Source of the DNA: Candidatus Zambryskiibacteriota bacterium
GTDB lineage: Bacteria > Patescibacteriota > Minisyncoccia > Phycocordibacterales > WO2-35-19
DNA: 64,000 nucleotides
Assembly (NCBI GenBank): GCA_048499675.1
Contig: JASNZL010000005.1
Span: 7,386-71,385 of the forward strand
Reading direction: 5' to 3'
Shown here in pieces: positions 47,950 through 57,663 of the stretch (position 1 is its first letter; each line of letters opens with the position of its first letter). The notes beneath the pieces are model-generated. The model was given only the letters and a program-made list of their open reading frames with translations. It had not been told where the DNA came from and did no database searches. The position numbers were made by a program, and so were the translations under genes.

Positions 47950-47969
47950 TAAGTTGTTATAATTAAAAT

Positions 47970-48995
47970 ATGAATTTAAATTACGATAAATCAAAATATA
48001 TATTTATCTTTGGGATTGGTGGTTCTAATTTGGCATCAAAAGCTATATGGGACGCTATCACATTACATAAAAATAACGACAAAAGAGTTTTTTTTGTTGA
48101 ATCTCCTGATAATAGGGAATATGAGGAAATAGAAAATCTGATAAAAAACGAAATAAATGATAAGGAAGAGATTGCTTTTGTTGCGACGAGTAAATCTGGA
48201 GAAACCACCGAAACACTTTTTGCATTTAGAAAAGTTTTTGAAATGATGGTAGAAAAATTTGGTGACGAAGTTTCAAAAAGAGGTATTGTGATTACTACAT
48301 CTGGAAGAGAGCTACACAAATTAGCAGAAGAAAAAAATATTGAATTTGTTTCTTGGGAAGGTGATGTTGGGGGTAGGTTTAGTGCTTTTACAATAGCACA
48401 CACGTCAGTGCTAGAAATTTTGGGGCTCGATGCGGAAAATTTTGTCTCTGGAGGTAATGAAGCAAATCTATATGACGCAAGTCAAAATTCCGCAGACAAT
48501 TTGGCAAAGACAATTTTTGATGAATATAATGCAGGAAAAAATATTTTGGACTTTTTCTTTTTTAATTCTGAATTAGAGTCACTTGGAAAATGGGCACGTC
48601 AACTTGTGGCAGAAAGTTTGGGCAAAGAAAATATAGACGGACAAAAAGTGGGGATTGTGCCTACTGTTTCTATTGGTCCTACAGACCTTCATTCAATGTT
48701 GCAACTTGCATTAGGTGGTCCACAAAATAGGTTTACTATTTTTGTGAGGTCAATTGAAGAAACAAAAGGAGGAGTAAACGAAAAAGCTTTTAATGATGTA
48801 ATCGGTGGCTACAAAAATGAAGGACTGGGCTTTTTTAAATATGAAATGAAAAAAATCGAAGAAAAGGAAATTGGAAAATTTATGGCTTATATGATGCTTG
48901 TTGTTTTGGAGCTAGGAACACTTCTCGGAGTTGACCCGTATGGGCAGGAGGAAGTGGAGAGGTATAAAGACAAAATTCGAAATTCTAAACTCTAA
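47970..48995 (+). CDS. pgi: Glucose-6-phosphate isomerase (short SIS/PGI type).
   Basis: IFGIGGSNLASKA and VGGRFSAFT PGI signatures. Confidence 0.65.
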   Translation: MNLNYDKSKYIFIFGIGGSNLASKAIWDAITLHKNNDKRVFFVESPDNREYEEIENLIKNEINDKEEIAFVATSKSGETTETLFAFRKVFEMMVEKFGDEVSKRGIVITTSGRELHKLAEEKNIEFVSWEGDVGGRFSAFTIAHTSVLEILGLDAENFVSGGNEANLYDASQNSADNLAKTIFDEYNAGKNILDFFFFNSELESLGKWARQLVAESLGKENIDGQKVGIVPTVSIGPTDLHSMLQLALGGPQNRFTIFVRSIEETKGGVNEKAFNDVIGGYKNEGLGFFKYEMKKIEEKEIGKFMAYMMLVVLELGTLLGVDPYGQEEVERYKDKIRNSKL

Positions 48996-49048
48996 ATCCG
49001 AAGCAAATGAATCAGAAAAGAGTTCATAAAGGCGCAAGTTAGAAAGTT

Positions 49049-49393
49049 ATGAAAGTAGAAAAATTTGAACAAATATTGACATGGCAGAAATCGAGAAATT
49101 TATGTTTATTGGTTTATAGGTATTTTAAGTATGTGAAAGATTATGGTTTTAGAGATCAGGTAAATAGAGCTTCTGTCTCGGTAATGAATAATATTGCAGA
49201 AGGTTTTGAAAGAAAGGGTAACAAGGAGTTTAAAAAGTTTCTATACATCTCTAAAGGTTCTTGTGGGGAAGTTAGGTCTATGTTGTACCTTGCCTTAGAT
49301 ATAGGATATATTAATAAAGAAGAATTCGATGAGTTGTTTGGTTTGTCGGTTGAGATATCCAAAATGCTTTCTGGTTTTATAAAAACTTTATAA
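49049..49393 (+). CDS. Four-helix-bundle protein (23S rRNA intervening-sequence protein family).
   Basis: NNIAEGFERKGNKEFKKFLYISKGSCGEVRSML is characteristic of the family. Confidence 0.75.
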   Translation: MKVEKFEQILTWQKSRNLCLLVYRYFKYVKDYGFRDQVNRASVSVMNNIAEGFERKGNKEFKKFLYISKGSCGEVRSMLYLALDIGYINKEEFDELFGLSVEISKMLSGFIKTL

Positions 49394-49433
49394 ACTTTAT
49401 AAACTTTTTAACTTTATAAACTTTCTAACTTAT

Positions 49434-50204
49434 ATGTATTTACTATTTGACATCGGGAGGACAAAGACGAGGGTTGCTTATTATGAAGGTGGAGATGGTT
49501 TTGAAGAACCTATTGTTTTTGAAACATCGAGTGATTTTGATACGCAAATTGAATTGTTTGTTTCAAATGTGCAAATTGTTGCAAAAGGGAGAGAAATAAA
49601 AGAAGTAGCTGGAGGAATGACAAGAGCGCTCTTTGGTGGTGACTATGAAAATTTTAAAAACAAACTAAGCGAGAAGATGGACGCGGAAGTTTTGGTAGAA
49701 AATGATTCTGCAGTAGTGGGTTTGGGAGAAGCAAATTTTGGTGCAGGGCGGGGTTTTCCTATTGTTGCATACATAACTGTGTCTACTGGTGTTGGTGGGG
49801 CAAGAATTGTAGATGGGGATATCGACGAGAGAGCGATTGGGTTTGAACCCGGCAAACAAATTATAGACATAGTGGATGGGGAAGGTGTTGTTCTAGAAAA
49901 TTTGATTTCTGGCAAGGCGCTACAAGAAAGAACAGGTAAACACCCAAAAGAAATAACAGATTCAGGCGTTTGGGACTTGCATGCAAAATATTTGGCAATT
50001 GGACTGAATAATATTATTGTTGAATGGTCGCCCAATGTTGTTGTACTTGGTGGCTCAATGATTACGGGAGATCCAGTAATACCTCTTAATAAGACCGAAG
50101 ATTATCTGAAAGAAATACTAAAAGTATATCCAGAAATTCCAGTTATAAAAAAAGCAGAGCTCGGTGATTTTGGCGGACTCTATGGTGCAATGAAATTAAT
50201 TTAA
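49434..50204 (+). CDS. ROK-family sugar kinase (glucokinase-like).
   Basis: LFDIGRTKTRVA (ATP-binding), VENDSAVVGLGE, VSTGVGGARIV. Confidence 0.55.
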   Translation: MYLLFDIGRTKTRVAYYEGGDGFEEPIVFETSSDFDTQIELFVSNVQIVAKGREIKEVAGGMTRALFGGDYENFKNKLSEKMDAEVLVENDSAVVGLGEANFGAGRGFPIVAYITVSTGVGGARIVDGDIDERAIGFEPGKQIIDIVDGEGVVLENLISGKALQERTGKHPKEITDSGVWDLHAKYLAIGLNNIIVEWSPNVVVLGGSMITGDPVIPLNKTEDYLKEILKVYPEIPVIKKAELGDFGGLYGAMKLI

Positions 50205-50326
50205 AAAGGTGTGTATAACTCCTATTTGACTATTTTGCTGTAGGGTGTAAATTTATACCAGACTGTCCTGCAGACATGATTGATTCATGTACTGTTACAA
50301 TTAATGTGAACCGCAGGAGGAAACTC

Positions 50327-50404
50327 ATGCCGGCAAACCACTCGCCCCCGGTAGCGATCACCGCCAACCACCGGAACAGCCAGTCCGAGCAGAAGACGAC
50401 CTGA
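50327..50404 (+). CDS. Putative 25-codon small ORF (MPANHSPPVAITANHRNSQSEQKTT) in a GC-rich islet.
   Basis: Perfect SD AGGAGG 6 nt upstream; followed by a terminator at 50428-50460. Confidence 0.25.
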   Translation: MPANHSPPVAITANHRNSQSEQKTT

Positions 50405-50427
50405 AACCGCGCCATGGTCAAAGGTCA

Positions 50428-50460
50428 AAGGGCACCCCCGTGGGCGCCCTTTTAATTTTT
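50428..50460 (+). terminator. Rho-independent terminator.
   Basis: AAGGGCacccccgtgggcGCCCTT followed by TTAATTTTT. Confidence 0.5.
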
Positions 50461-50517
50461 CTATTTTTAATTAATACTTGTTAACTTTTTACTTTATAAA
50501 CTTTTTAACTTATTTAT

Positions 50518-50754
50518 ATGGGCATAAAAGATTTTTTTATGAGAAAAATGATTGAGTCAAAAATGAAAGATGTTCCAAAGGAGGAACAAGAAAGAATTTT
50601 GAATTTGATTCAAAAGAATCCAGAGCTATTTAAAAAAATAGCTGAGGAGATACAAGTGGAGATGGGTAAAGGAAAAGACCAGATGGAAGCTTCTATGGAA
50701 GTTATGATGAAGTATAAGGATGAGGTGGAAAGGGTAATGAAAGATACGAAGTAA
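50518..50754 (+). CDS. Small hypothetical protein.
   Basis: 78-aa ORF preceded by the ACTTTATAAACTTTTTAACTTAT motif. Confidence 0.35.
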   Translation: MGIKDFFMRKMIESKMKDVPKEEQERILNLIQKNPELFKKIAEEIQVEMGKGKDQMEASMEVMMKYKDEVERVMKDTK

Positions 50755-50856
50755 CGAATAGGTTAACGAATTGATACGAATGACACGGATTAAGAACGAT
50801 ATAAGTGGTTGAAAGTTGTGGTTTGGGGGTATATTATTCAGATAGAGAGGTGAGCT

Positions 50857-51105
50857 ATGCTTGCGTCAACCGAGATTTATTTCTTGCAGAACTTGGTACT
50901 TTTTGCAAATGGTGGAGTTGTTACTCCTGATCAAATTAAAAAGGATTGGGACACGATTCTCCGTCACGAAAGAAAAGGATCAAATCAAGTCATCGGTGAA
51001 CTCCAAGAGGAATCGGATCGGCTCCATCATGGGATTCAAATCAAACCGCTTTTGAAAAAGGCGGGAGTAAGGATTCCACCTACCTTCGCAGAAGTGTTTG
51101 GGTAA
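50857..51105 (+). CDS. Small hypothetical protein.
   Basis: 82-aa ORF with SD GAGAGGTGAG. Confidence 0.3.
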   Translation: MLASTEIYFLQNLVLFANGGVVTPDQIKKDWDTILRHERKGSNQVIGELQEESDRLHHGIQIKPLLKKAGVRIPPTFAEVFG

Positions 51106-52045
51106 TAATCAAAAACCCGGGCGTCGACTAAGTGTCGCGCTCGGGTGTTTTGTTCATCTCGGGATGAGGGAACTTACATCGGGAGCTTCCAAACCGTTTG
51201 TGCCGACTTGTGGAATCAAGGCACTTGCAGTGTTGAATAACTCAACCAATGTTTTCTCTCCTGCCGAGAAAACTTCGGACATAAGGAACTTGAGGATAAG
51301 AATCATTAACCCAAGTCCCAACGCGCGTCTAATCATACGATTAAATATTGCGGGGGCTGTATGCGAAGCTGACGAAGCTTTGCATGAGAGTTAATGACTC
51401 TCCTCCCTCCGGATACTGTCCCCACACTTTGTTGGGACCAATATCCGGAGGCTTTCCTTATATCTTTTTCAATTTACCTATATTAATTATAGCAAATTAC
51501 AACACAAAAATCAACTTGTTATTTACAAAAAATGTGATTAAATCTTGATAGAGGCTTAACACAATGAGTATTCTTGATGAACATTTCAAAGAAGAACAAG
51601 AAAAGACAAAGAAGTGTCTTGAGGGTTTAATGCGGTTATTATCGCATGACACTTCTCCTACCCGAAGACAACTCGCAATCCTTCTCAGACAACAAGCGGA
51701 CATGATTCACAACCAAGCTGTAACCGATTCCATTCTCTTTATGAGTCAGCCAATTGTGAAAAAAGGTGGGGAAGGGAAAGATTAGTGCTCAGAATGAAAA
51801 AGGGGCAATGAGAAAGTTAGGTTCCTTGAGTAATGGAGAGCTAAGGAGGACTCGGATTCGTTTCTATCTGGTCCGAGACTCATCTCTTTTTACCCCACTA
51901 CAACATATAAGTGAGCAGGATTATTTCTACGTTGTAAACCTGGTACGTGCCGTTACGTTCAATCGTGACGGCTTTCTTTTGTCTAATTAAGTCTTTTTGC
52001 AAGTCATAATGAATAATGTTAGCTTGATTTAAGAGGTGAACATTG

Positions 52046-52759
52046 ATGTTTAATAGAGATATTATTCTTGTGCGCCATGGTGAATCTATAGGCAACACTA
52101 TGTCTCAAAATGAGAGAGCTCTGCTCGACATTCCTAACCATAAATACCAACTAACTCCAAGAGGGCACGAGCAGGCGAGGTTGGCTGGCGAATACCTTGG
52201 GTCGTTTGTTGATCAGCAGAGAAATTATCGAATTGTTAGAGTGTTTCAATCGACTTTTGTTCGGACACAGGAGACACTTCGAGTAATCATGGAACAACTC
52301 GGATTGAGAATCAATCCTATTACCGACGCGCGACTCGATGAAAAGTGGGACGGAATCTTTCATGAACTCTCAAAGAGTGAGATTGAAATGAGGTATCCTG
52401 AGCAAATTCGACAGAGAGAGCGTTCTGGATATTATCACTACCGAGCTCCGGGCGGAGAAAGTTGTCCTGATGTTGAACTACGAATTCGCAGTTTCATTGA
52501 AGGAGAACTTTTGGCAAGCAATCAGAAATCATCTGAGGATATTTGTGGGTGTGATTTGATTGTGTGTCATGGGAGATGGTTACAAGTGTGTAATAAACTC
52601 CTGCGACGACTTACTGTCGAGGAATTTTTGCACAATATTAAACATGCAGAGATGCCCAACTGTTCCATTACGGTTTACAGTTTTAACGGTAAACTACTCA
52701 TGGATTGTGGGAATCCATGGGAAGGAAAACTTGAAGATGGGAAAAACACCTTTGCTTAG
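52046..52759 (+). CDS. Histidine phosphatase (phosphoglycerate-mutase-like) family protein.
   Basis: ILVRHGESIGN (RHG motif); SD AAGAGGTG. Confidence 0.65.
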   Translation: MFNRDIILVRHGESIGNTMSQNERALLDIPNHKYQLTPRGHEQARLAGEYLGSFVDQQRNYRIVRVFQSTFVRTQETLRVIMEQLGLRINPITDARLDEKWDGIFHELSKSEIEMRYPEQIRQRERSGYYHYRAPGGESCPDVELRIRSFIEGELLASNQKSSEDICGCDLIVCHGRWLQVCNKLLRRLTVEEFLHNIKHAEMPNCSITVYSFNGKLLMDCGNPWEGKLEDGKNTFA

Positions 52760-52856
52760 TCATGGGTTTGGGGCGATCAGAGATGGTCGCCCTTTATTTA
52801 TAGGATTTACGTTTAAATTCGGATAAAAAATATGAGATAATGATTAGTAAAGATAT

Positions 52857-53702
52857 ATGAATTTTTTTAAGAAAAATAAATGCAGAAAATTTTTGTCTGG
52901 GATAGGGATTATTTTGATAGTTTTTGTTCTTTGGCAAATTTTTGATAAACCCTCTATGGATGGGGATTGGCAGGAGCAACTCGAGATTGCTTCTATTGCA
53001 GAATTTGATGGAGATTTGGTTACTGTGAGAAATGTCCGAAACTTCCGTTATTACCCAGAAGAAAAAGATACTCATCCAAACTATTACGACCGACAATATG
53101 ATATGTCTAAAGTAAAACAGGTTTGGTATACATCAGAACCGTTTAATGAGAACAGATTGGCTGGACATACATATGTAACTTTTGAATTTGAGAACGGCGA
53201 TTTTTTGGCGATTACTATTGAGGCAAGAAAAAGAAAAGACCAATCATACAGCATTTGGAAAGGAATGTTGCACACGTATCCTCTAATATATATTGCTGCT
53301 GATGAACGAGACATAACACTCCTGAGGGCAAATTTAAGAAAAGACAAAGTATATGTTTATCCGGTAAAATTGTCAGATTCCAAAAATGGTGGGGTCTTAT
53401 TAAAAAATATGCTGATAGAAATGAATGATCTATTAGAAAATCCAAGGTGGTACAATACAATTTTTTCAAACTGTACTTCTGAAATAGCAAAACATGTAAA
53501 TAAAATAACTCCAAAAAGAATATCAATTTTTTCTTGGCAATTGGTTCTCACGGCATCGGCAGACGAGCTTGCGCTGGAGCACGGACTTCTCGATACGGAG
53601 CTTCCTATAAAAGAAGCTAGAGAAAAATTTAATATCAATGAAGCATCTATGAGAATAGGGGACTCACCAAACTATTCCGCTCTAATTAGAAAATTTAAAT
53701 AA
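52857..53702 (+). CDS. Membrane-anchored hypothetical protein (possibly DUF4105-like).
   Basis: N-terminal TM GIGIILIVFVLWQIF; FSNCTSE block. Confidence 0.4.
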   Translation: MNFFKKNKCRKFLSGIGIILIVFVLWQIFDKPSMDGDWQEQLEIASIAEFDGDLVTVRNVRNFRYYPEEKDTHPNYYDRQYDMSKVKQVWYTSEPFNENRLAGHTYVTFEFENGDFLAITIEARKRKDQSYSIWKGMLHTYPLIYIAADERDITLLRANLRKDKVYVYPVKLSDSKNGGVLLKNMLIEMNDLLENPRWYNTIFSNCTSEIAKHVNKITPKRISIFSWQLVLTASADELALEHGLLDTELPIKEAREKFNINEASMRIGDSPNYSALIRKFK

Positions 53703-54101
53703 AAATTTTGAGCGGTTCTTTGTTGTGTAAATTATAATTACTTCAGGTAATAGTGGTGTTGTTGGTGACCATGTGTCTGGAGTATAACTCCCAAACACTC
53801 TTGTGCTTGCAAACAAAAACTTTCTTGATTAACTTCAGGGAAGTTTTTGTGTTATAAATATGGAATGGCAAATATATCTGTGGGCACGGGCGGAACACAA
53901 ACCAACTTTTTGAAAACCCTCTGTTTTCCAAGCAAATCCCATTCTTTTTTGAGGTAAAATTACCACCTCCACTACGAAGGGGAATAGACTACGGCATCAC
54001 TAAAGACAACCGGTGGGTCTTTACAGTCGACAAATCGGGTAAGGTATAGAAAAAGCCACCCGTTGATGTAATCGCGGGGCGGCTTGGGAAGGACGGTGCA
54101 T

Positions 54102-54647
54102 TTACTTCTCCTGCTGAACTTCTTGAAGGAGGGTCATGCCTTGGTATCGGTGCCAGAAGACCTCTCTTGTCTCGAGGCCGGTTCCACCTTCAGGAATATC
54201 CTCTTTGCTGATCTTCTCCTCTCCGCTGAAGTGATCGAAGGTGCCGATCCAGTTGTTTGTATACTCCAAATGTGGAACGACGGCTGATTTGTCGTGAAGT
54301 TTCCCCCTTCCGCCGTAGAACGTGCGGCTCAGATAGGCTTTGGTGAGGACCACCTTCAGAAGGCCTATGATTTCTCCGTCGTCATTTTCGCACCAGCCGT
54401 GATACTGCATGATCCACGCCGGAACGAAGACGGACGAACCCTCAGGCTTGATATAGATGACCGTTTGGCCACCACTTTGTTCGCCGTTGGTGAAGTAGGT
54501 GTCGATGTAGAGGAAGTTTCCTTTCTCGTATCGATATACCTTTGACTTGGGCAGGCCTTCGATGGAAGTTTTGGTCCCGTGACCAGCATACGTCTCTCGA
54601 GCTGCCTCGAAGAAAAACTCCTGTAATTCCAGGGACAATTGATGCAT
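54102..54647 (-). CDS. Hypothetical protein (DUF5680-like).
   Basis: SD AAGGAG; repeated Y..G / GEE..I blocks. Confidence 0.4.
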   Translation of the reverse strand: MHQLSLELQEFFFEAARETYAGHGTKTSIEGLPKSKVYRYEKGNFLYIDTYFTNGEQSGGQTVIYIKPEGSSVFVPAWIMQYHGWCENDDGEIIGLLKVVLTKAYLSRTFYGGRGKLHDKSAVVPHLEYTNNWIGTFDHFSGEEKISKEDIPEGGTGLETREVFWHRYQGMTLLQEVQQEK

Positions 54648-54746
54648 TCGGACTCCTTTTCCGATGGCATACTAGCAAAAATCGATTGCTATTGCAAGGT
54701 TTGATAAAATATGGTTAAATAGAAAACAGGAAAGGAGTTCTTCAAC

Positions 54747-55322
54747 ATGTTTCTGAATGTTCTGTACGCCTGCTTTATCGGTTTCTTTTTGGGAATGATG
54801 TTTGTCAGACCCGAAGGAACCAACCTGTTTATCGTTGCCGTGATCAGTGTCTTGTTCCACGCTATCGTATTTTTGATGGTGAGGTTCATGATGGACACAA
54901 AGAAGGCACTCGTTACGACGGGCATCACGCTGTCAGTTATGGTCTCAACGATTGGCCTAGCTTTAATTGGTCAGGTGGTCGGCAACAAGTACCACAACGA
55001 TCCGGTATTCCACGCCAAGGTCAACGCCTATGTGTTCATGGATGCTCGGTATCAGGCACAACTTGATTCGGAGTGGTTTGAAAAGAGAAGAGCAAGAATT
55101 GCTCGCTACACTCTCTATGTCCAAGGGATGAGATCTATGTGTGGCGACCCAGTTCACTATCGCCAAGTTGTCGGCACATACAACCGTGTGATCGACGAAT
55201 ACAACACAGTGATCGTCAGCTCGATGGTCGGCAGTCAGTATGCCGAGCCGGTGAAGCAACTATTCGTTCCGCAATTCAACGATCAGCTCGTTCCGTGTGG
55301 AGCAGTGTTCAAACCGATTTAG
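54747..55322 (+). CDS. Membrane protein, 3-4 TM.
   Basis: SD AAGGAG; hydrophobic segments. Confidence 0.45.
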   Translation: MFLNVLYACFIGFFLGMMFVRPEGTNLFIVAVISVLFHAIVFLMVRFMMDTKKALVTTGITLSVMVSTIGLALIGQVVGNKYHNDPVFHAKVNAYVFMDARYQAQLDSEWFEKRRARIARYTLYVQGMRSMCGDPVHYRQVVGTYNRVIDEYNTVIVSSMVGSQYAEPVKQLFVPQFNDQLVPCGAVFKPI

Positions 55323-55331
55323 GAGAAGAAG

Positions 55332-55598
55332 ATGCTCACGTTCAAAGTTTGCAACAACGATCTCGGGCTTCCCGATGAAATCTGTCCGAGCAATAAACCA
55401 CACGGACATCTATGGGATGGAGTGGGACGAGAAATGCCAGTCTCTCTGTATCCAATCCTTACAAACAAAACCATCGCCCTCCAGATCCTATTCGAATTAA
55501 GCGACTTGGTTCTGGCCGGCGGAGCTCTGGGATCTAACCCCAACATTGATCGGGTCAAGAACCAGATAGCGGAGTGTAATCTGCCCGAGGAGGGATAA
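55332..55598 (+). CDS. Small hypothetical protein.
   Basis: SD AGGAG; operon with the flanking genes. Confidence 0.4.
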   Translation: MLTFKVCNNDLGLPDEICPSNKPHGHLWDGVGREMPVSLYPILTNKTIALQILFELSDLVLAGGALGSNPNIDRVKNQIAECNLPEEG

Positions 55599-55874
55599 AT
55601 GACCTTCTTGGTTGGATTGGAAACGCCGTCTCGCGGATCCTATACCCTCGGCTTTATCAAAGTTGAGGACGAGGAAACTCCGAAGAAGACAAGACAGTCA
55701 GCACAAAACAAAGTAGTTGAAGCATTAGTTGCTGCCGGTTTTCCACGAGAGAAGATCGGCATACAAGTTACAGACAATAGTTCCCTTGAGATTGGACTTC
55801 ATCGAGTGGTGATTGTTCCGATCAAAGAGTTCGACGGCCAAGTGGCTTCGGCTCTGGCCGCCTTACTTCGGTAG
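55599..55874 (+). CDS. Small hypothetical protein.
   Basis: SD GAGGAGGG; TAAATG junction with the previous gene. Confidence 0.4.
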   Translation: MTFLVGLETPSRGSYTLGFIKVEDEETPKKTRQSAQNKVVEALVAAGFPREKIGIQVTDNSSLEIGLHRVVIVPIKEFDGQVASALAALLR

Positions 55875-55916
55875 GGCGGTCTTTCTTTTTACCTAAATTT
55901 TCATTACACTTTTAAT

Positions 55917-56432
55917 ATGAGAATTTTAATTACAGGAATATCGGGAACTGGGAAAACGACTACTTTAGCAGAGCTACAAAAGCACGGATATGCTGTTATT
56001 GATCTTGATGCTACTGGCATCTGCAAATGGAAGAATAAAGAGACACAAGAGGTAACAGAATATGGTCCTGATGGGAGAGATTTGGAGTGGCTTAATTTAC
56101 ACGGCTGGTATTGCGATATACCTACACTTCAAAAATTACTTTCCTGTATACGAGAGGACAAGGATGTTTTTGTGGCTGCTATTGCAGAGAATATAGAGGA
56201 AGTGGCAAAAGAATTTAATAGGGTATTTGTTCTTAATACTAGCGATGAGGTGATTAGAGAACGATTAAATACTCGGACCAATAATCACTTTGCTAAAAAA
56301 GAAGAGGAACAGAATTTTATTTTTGAGCAGAGCAGATATTTGATGTCGAAGCTCAAGGATTTTATAGAAGTAAATGTAGATAAAACTCCCGCCGAAATCA
56401 CCGATTATATTTTAAACAATTTGAAAAAATAA
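55917..56432 (+). CDS. P-loop kinase (AAA_33/adenylate-kinase-like).
   Basis: MRILITGISGTGKTT Walker A. Confidence 0.5.
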   Translation: MRILITGISGTGKTTTLAELQKHGYAVIDLDATGICKWKNKETQEVTEYGPDGRDLEWLNLHGWYCDIPTLQKLLSCIREDKDVFVAAIAENIEEVAKEFNRVFVLNTSDEVIRERLNTRTNNHFAKKEEEQNFIFEQSRYLMSKLKDFIEVNVDKTPAEITDYILNNLKK

Positions 56433-56623
56433 TCATGGTCATAGATATAGAACTTACATTAAATAGATTTGGGCTTGGTAAAATTGCAGAGAATAAATTT
56501 CAACTTTTCTTTCTGAGATTTAGTAAATGGAAAATTCCCGGCAAACACTCAATCTCTTTTGAAATAAATTGGAAGACAAAAGACAGAGTGGAAGAAAAAC
56601 AAAAAATAAAGTAGATTGTAGAA

Positions 56624-57640
56624 ATGGCAAATATATCTGTGGGAATCGTGGGGTTACCAAACGTCGGGAAATCGACGCTTTTTAACGCACTTACCAAAAA
56701 GAGTGTGCCTGCTGAGAATTATCCGTTTTGCACAATTGACCCGAGTGTTGGGATAGTTCCCGTACCGGATCCTCGGCTAGAGAAGTTAAATGAATTTTCT
56801 AAGTCGGAGAAAAAAGTTCCGGCCGTCGTTGAATTTACTGATATAGCTGGACTTGTAAAAGGAGCATCAGAAGGGGAAGGACTCGGTAACCAATTCCTTG
56901 CACACATAAGAGAAGTTGATGCGATTGCACAGGTAGTAAGAATTTTTGAAGACAAAGATATTTTGCATGTGGCTGGAAGTGTTGATCCGCTTTTTGATAT
57001 AGAGACAATAAACCTAGAACTTATTTTGGCTGATTTGCAGACAGTTAATAAAAGGTTGGGAACTTTGGAAAAGGATTTGAAAAGAGGTGACAAAGAAGCA
57101 GTTATATTAAGTGAGGCTCTTAAAAAAATAAAAGATAATTTGGAAAATCAAAAATTTGCAAACGACTTGAGTTTTAACGAAAAAGAAATACCTCTTGTTA
57201 AACAAATGCAACTCCTCACAATGAAGCCGATTTTTTATGTACTTAATATTTCTTCTATAAGTGAAAATTTTAATATTGAAAATTTACTTGAAAATTCTAA
57301 ATTGAAAATTGAAAATTTTGTATTGATTGATCCTGTTTTTGAAAAGGGATTTGAAGAGCTCATAAAAAAAGCATACGAAACGCTTGATTTAATAACTTTT
57401 TTCACTACCGGTAAAGATGAGACAAGGGGATGGACAACAAAAAGAGATTCTACTGCTCCAGAGGCGGGGACAGCAATCCACACTGATTTTAGAGATAAAT
57501 TTATAAGAGCAGAAATTATAGAATGGGATAAGCTTTTGGAAGCTGGAAGTTACGCAAATGCTCGCGAAAAAGGCCTCCTCCGCACCGAGGGCAAAGAATA
57601 CATCGTCAAAGACGGTGACGTGATTGAGTTTAAGGTGTAG
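56624..57640 (+). CDS. ychF: Ribosome-binding ATPase YchF (Obg-like ATPase).
   Basis: GIVGLPNVGKSTLFNALT, DIAGLVKGASEGEGLGNQFL, and a C-terminal TGS-like YIVKDGDV. Confidence 0.9.
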   Translation: MANISVGIVGLPNVGKSTLFNALTKKSVPAENYPFCTIDPSVGIVPVPDPRLEKLNEFSKSEKKVPAVVEFTDIAGLVKGASEGEGLGNQFLAHIREVDAIAQVVRIFEDKDILHVAGSVDPLFDIETINLELILADLQTVNKRLGTLEKDLKRGDKEAVILSEALKKIKDNLENQKFANDLSFNEKEIPLVKQMQLLTMKPIFYVLNISSISENFNIENLLENSKLKIENFVLIDPVFEKGFEELIKKAYETLDLITFFTTGKDETRGWTTKRDSTAPEAGTAIHTDFRDKFIRAEIIEWDKLLEAGSYANAREKGLLRTEGKEYIVKDGDVIEFKV

Positions 57641-57663
57641 GAAAATTATTATAGAATAAATTC

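Larger units (their letters stand above)
53885..56622 (+). mobile_element. 2.76-kb insertion bounded by a 21-bp perfect direct repeat that duplicates the ychF start.
   Basis: aATGGCAAATATATCTGTGGG occurs at 53864-53884 and again at 56623-56643. The first ~2 kb of the interior is visibly GC-rich with strong SDs. Confidence 0.55.

Noticed and set aside
50300-50460. Possible SRP (4.5S) RNA in the GC-rich micro-islet, because of CCGGAACAGCC…GAGCAG.
   Set aside because: The conserved domain IV pattern (GGUCCGGAAGGAAGCAGCC/GNRA loop) could not be aligned on either strand.
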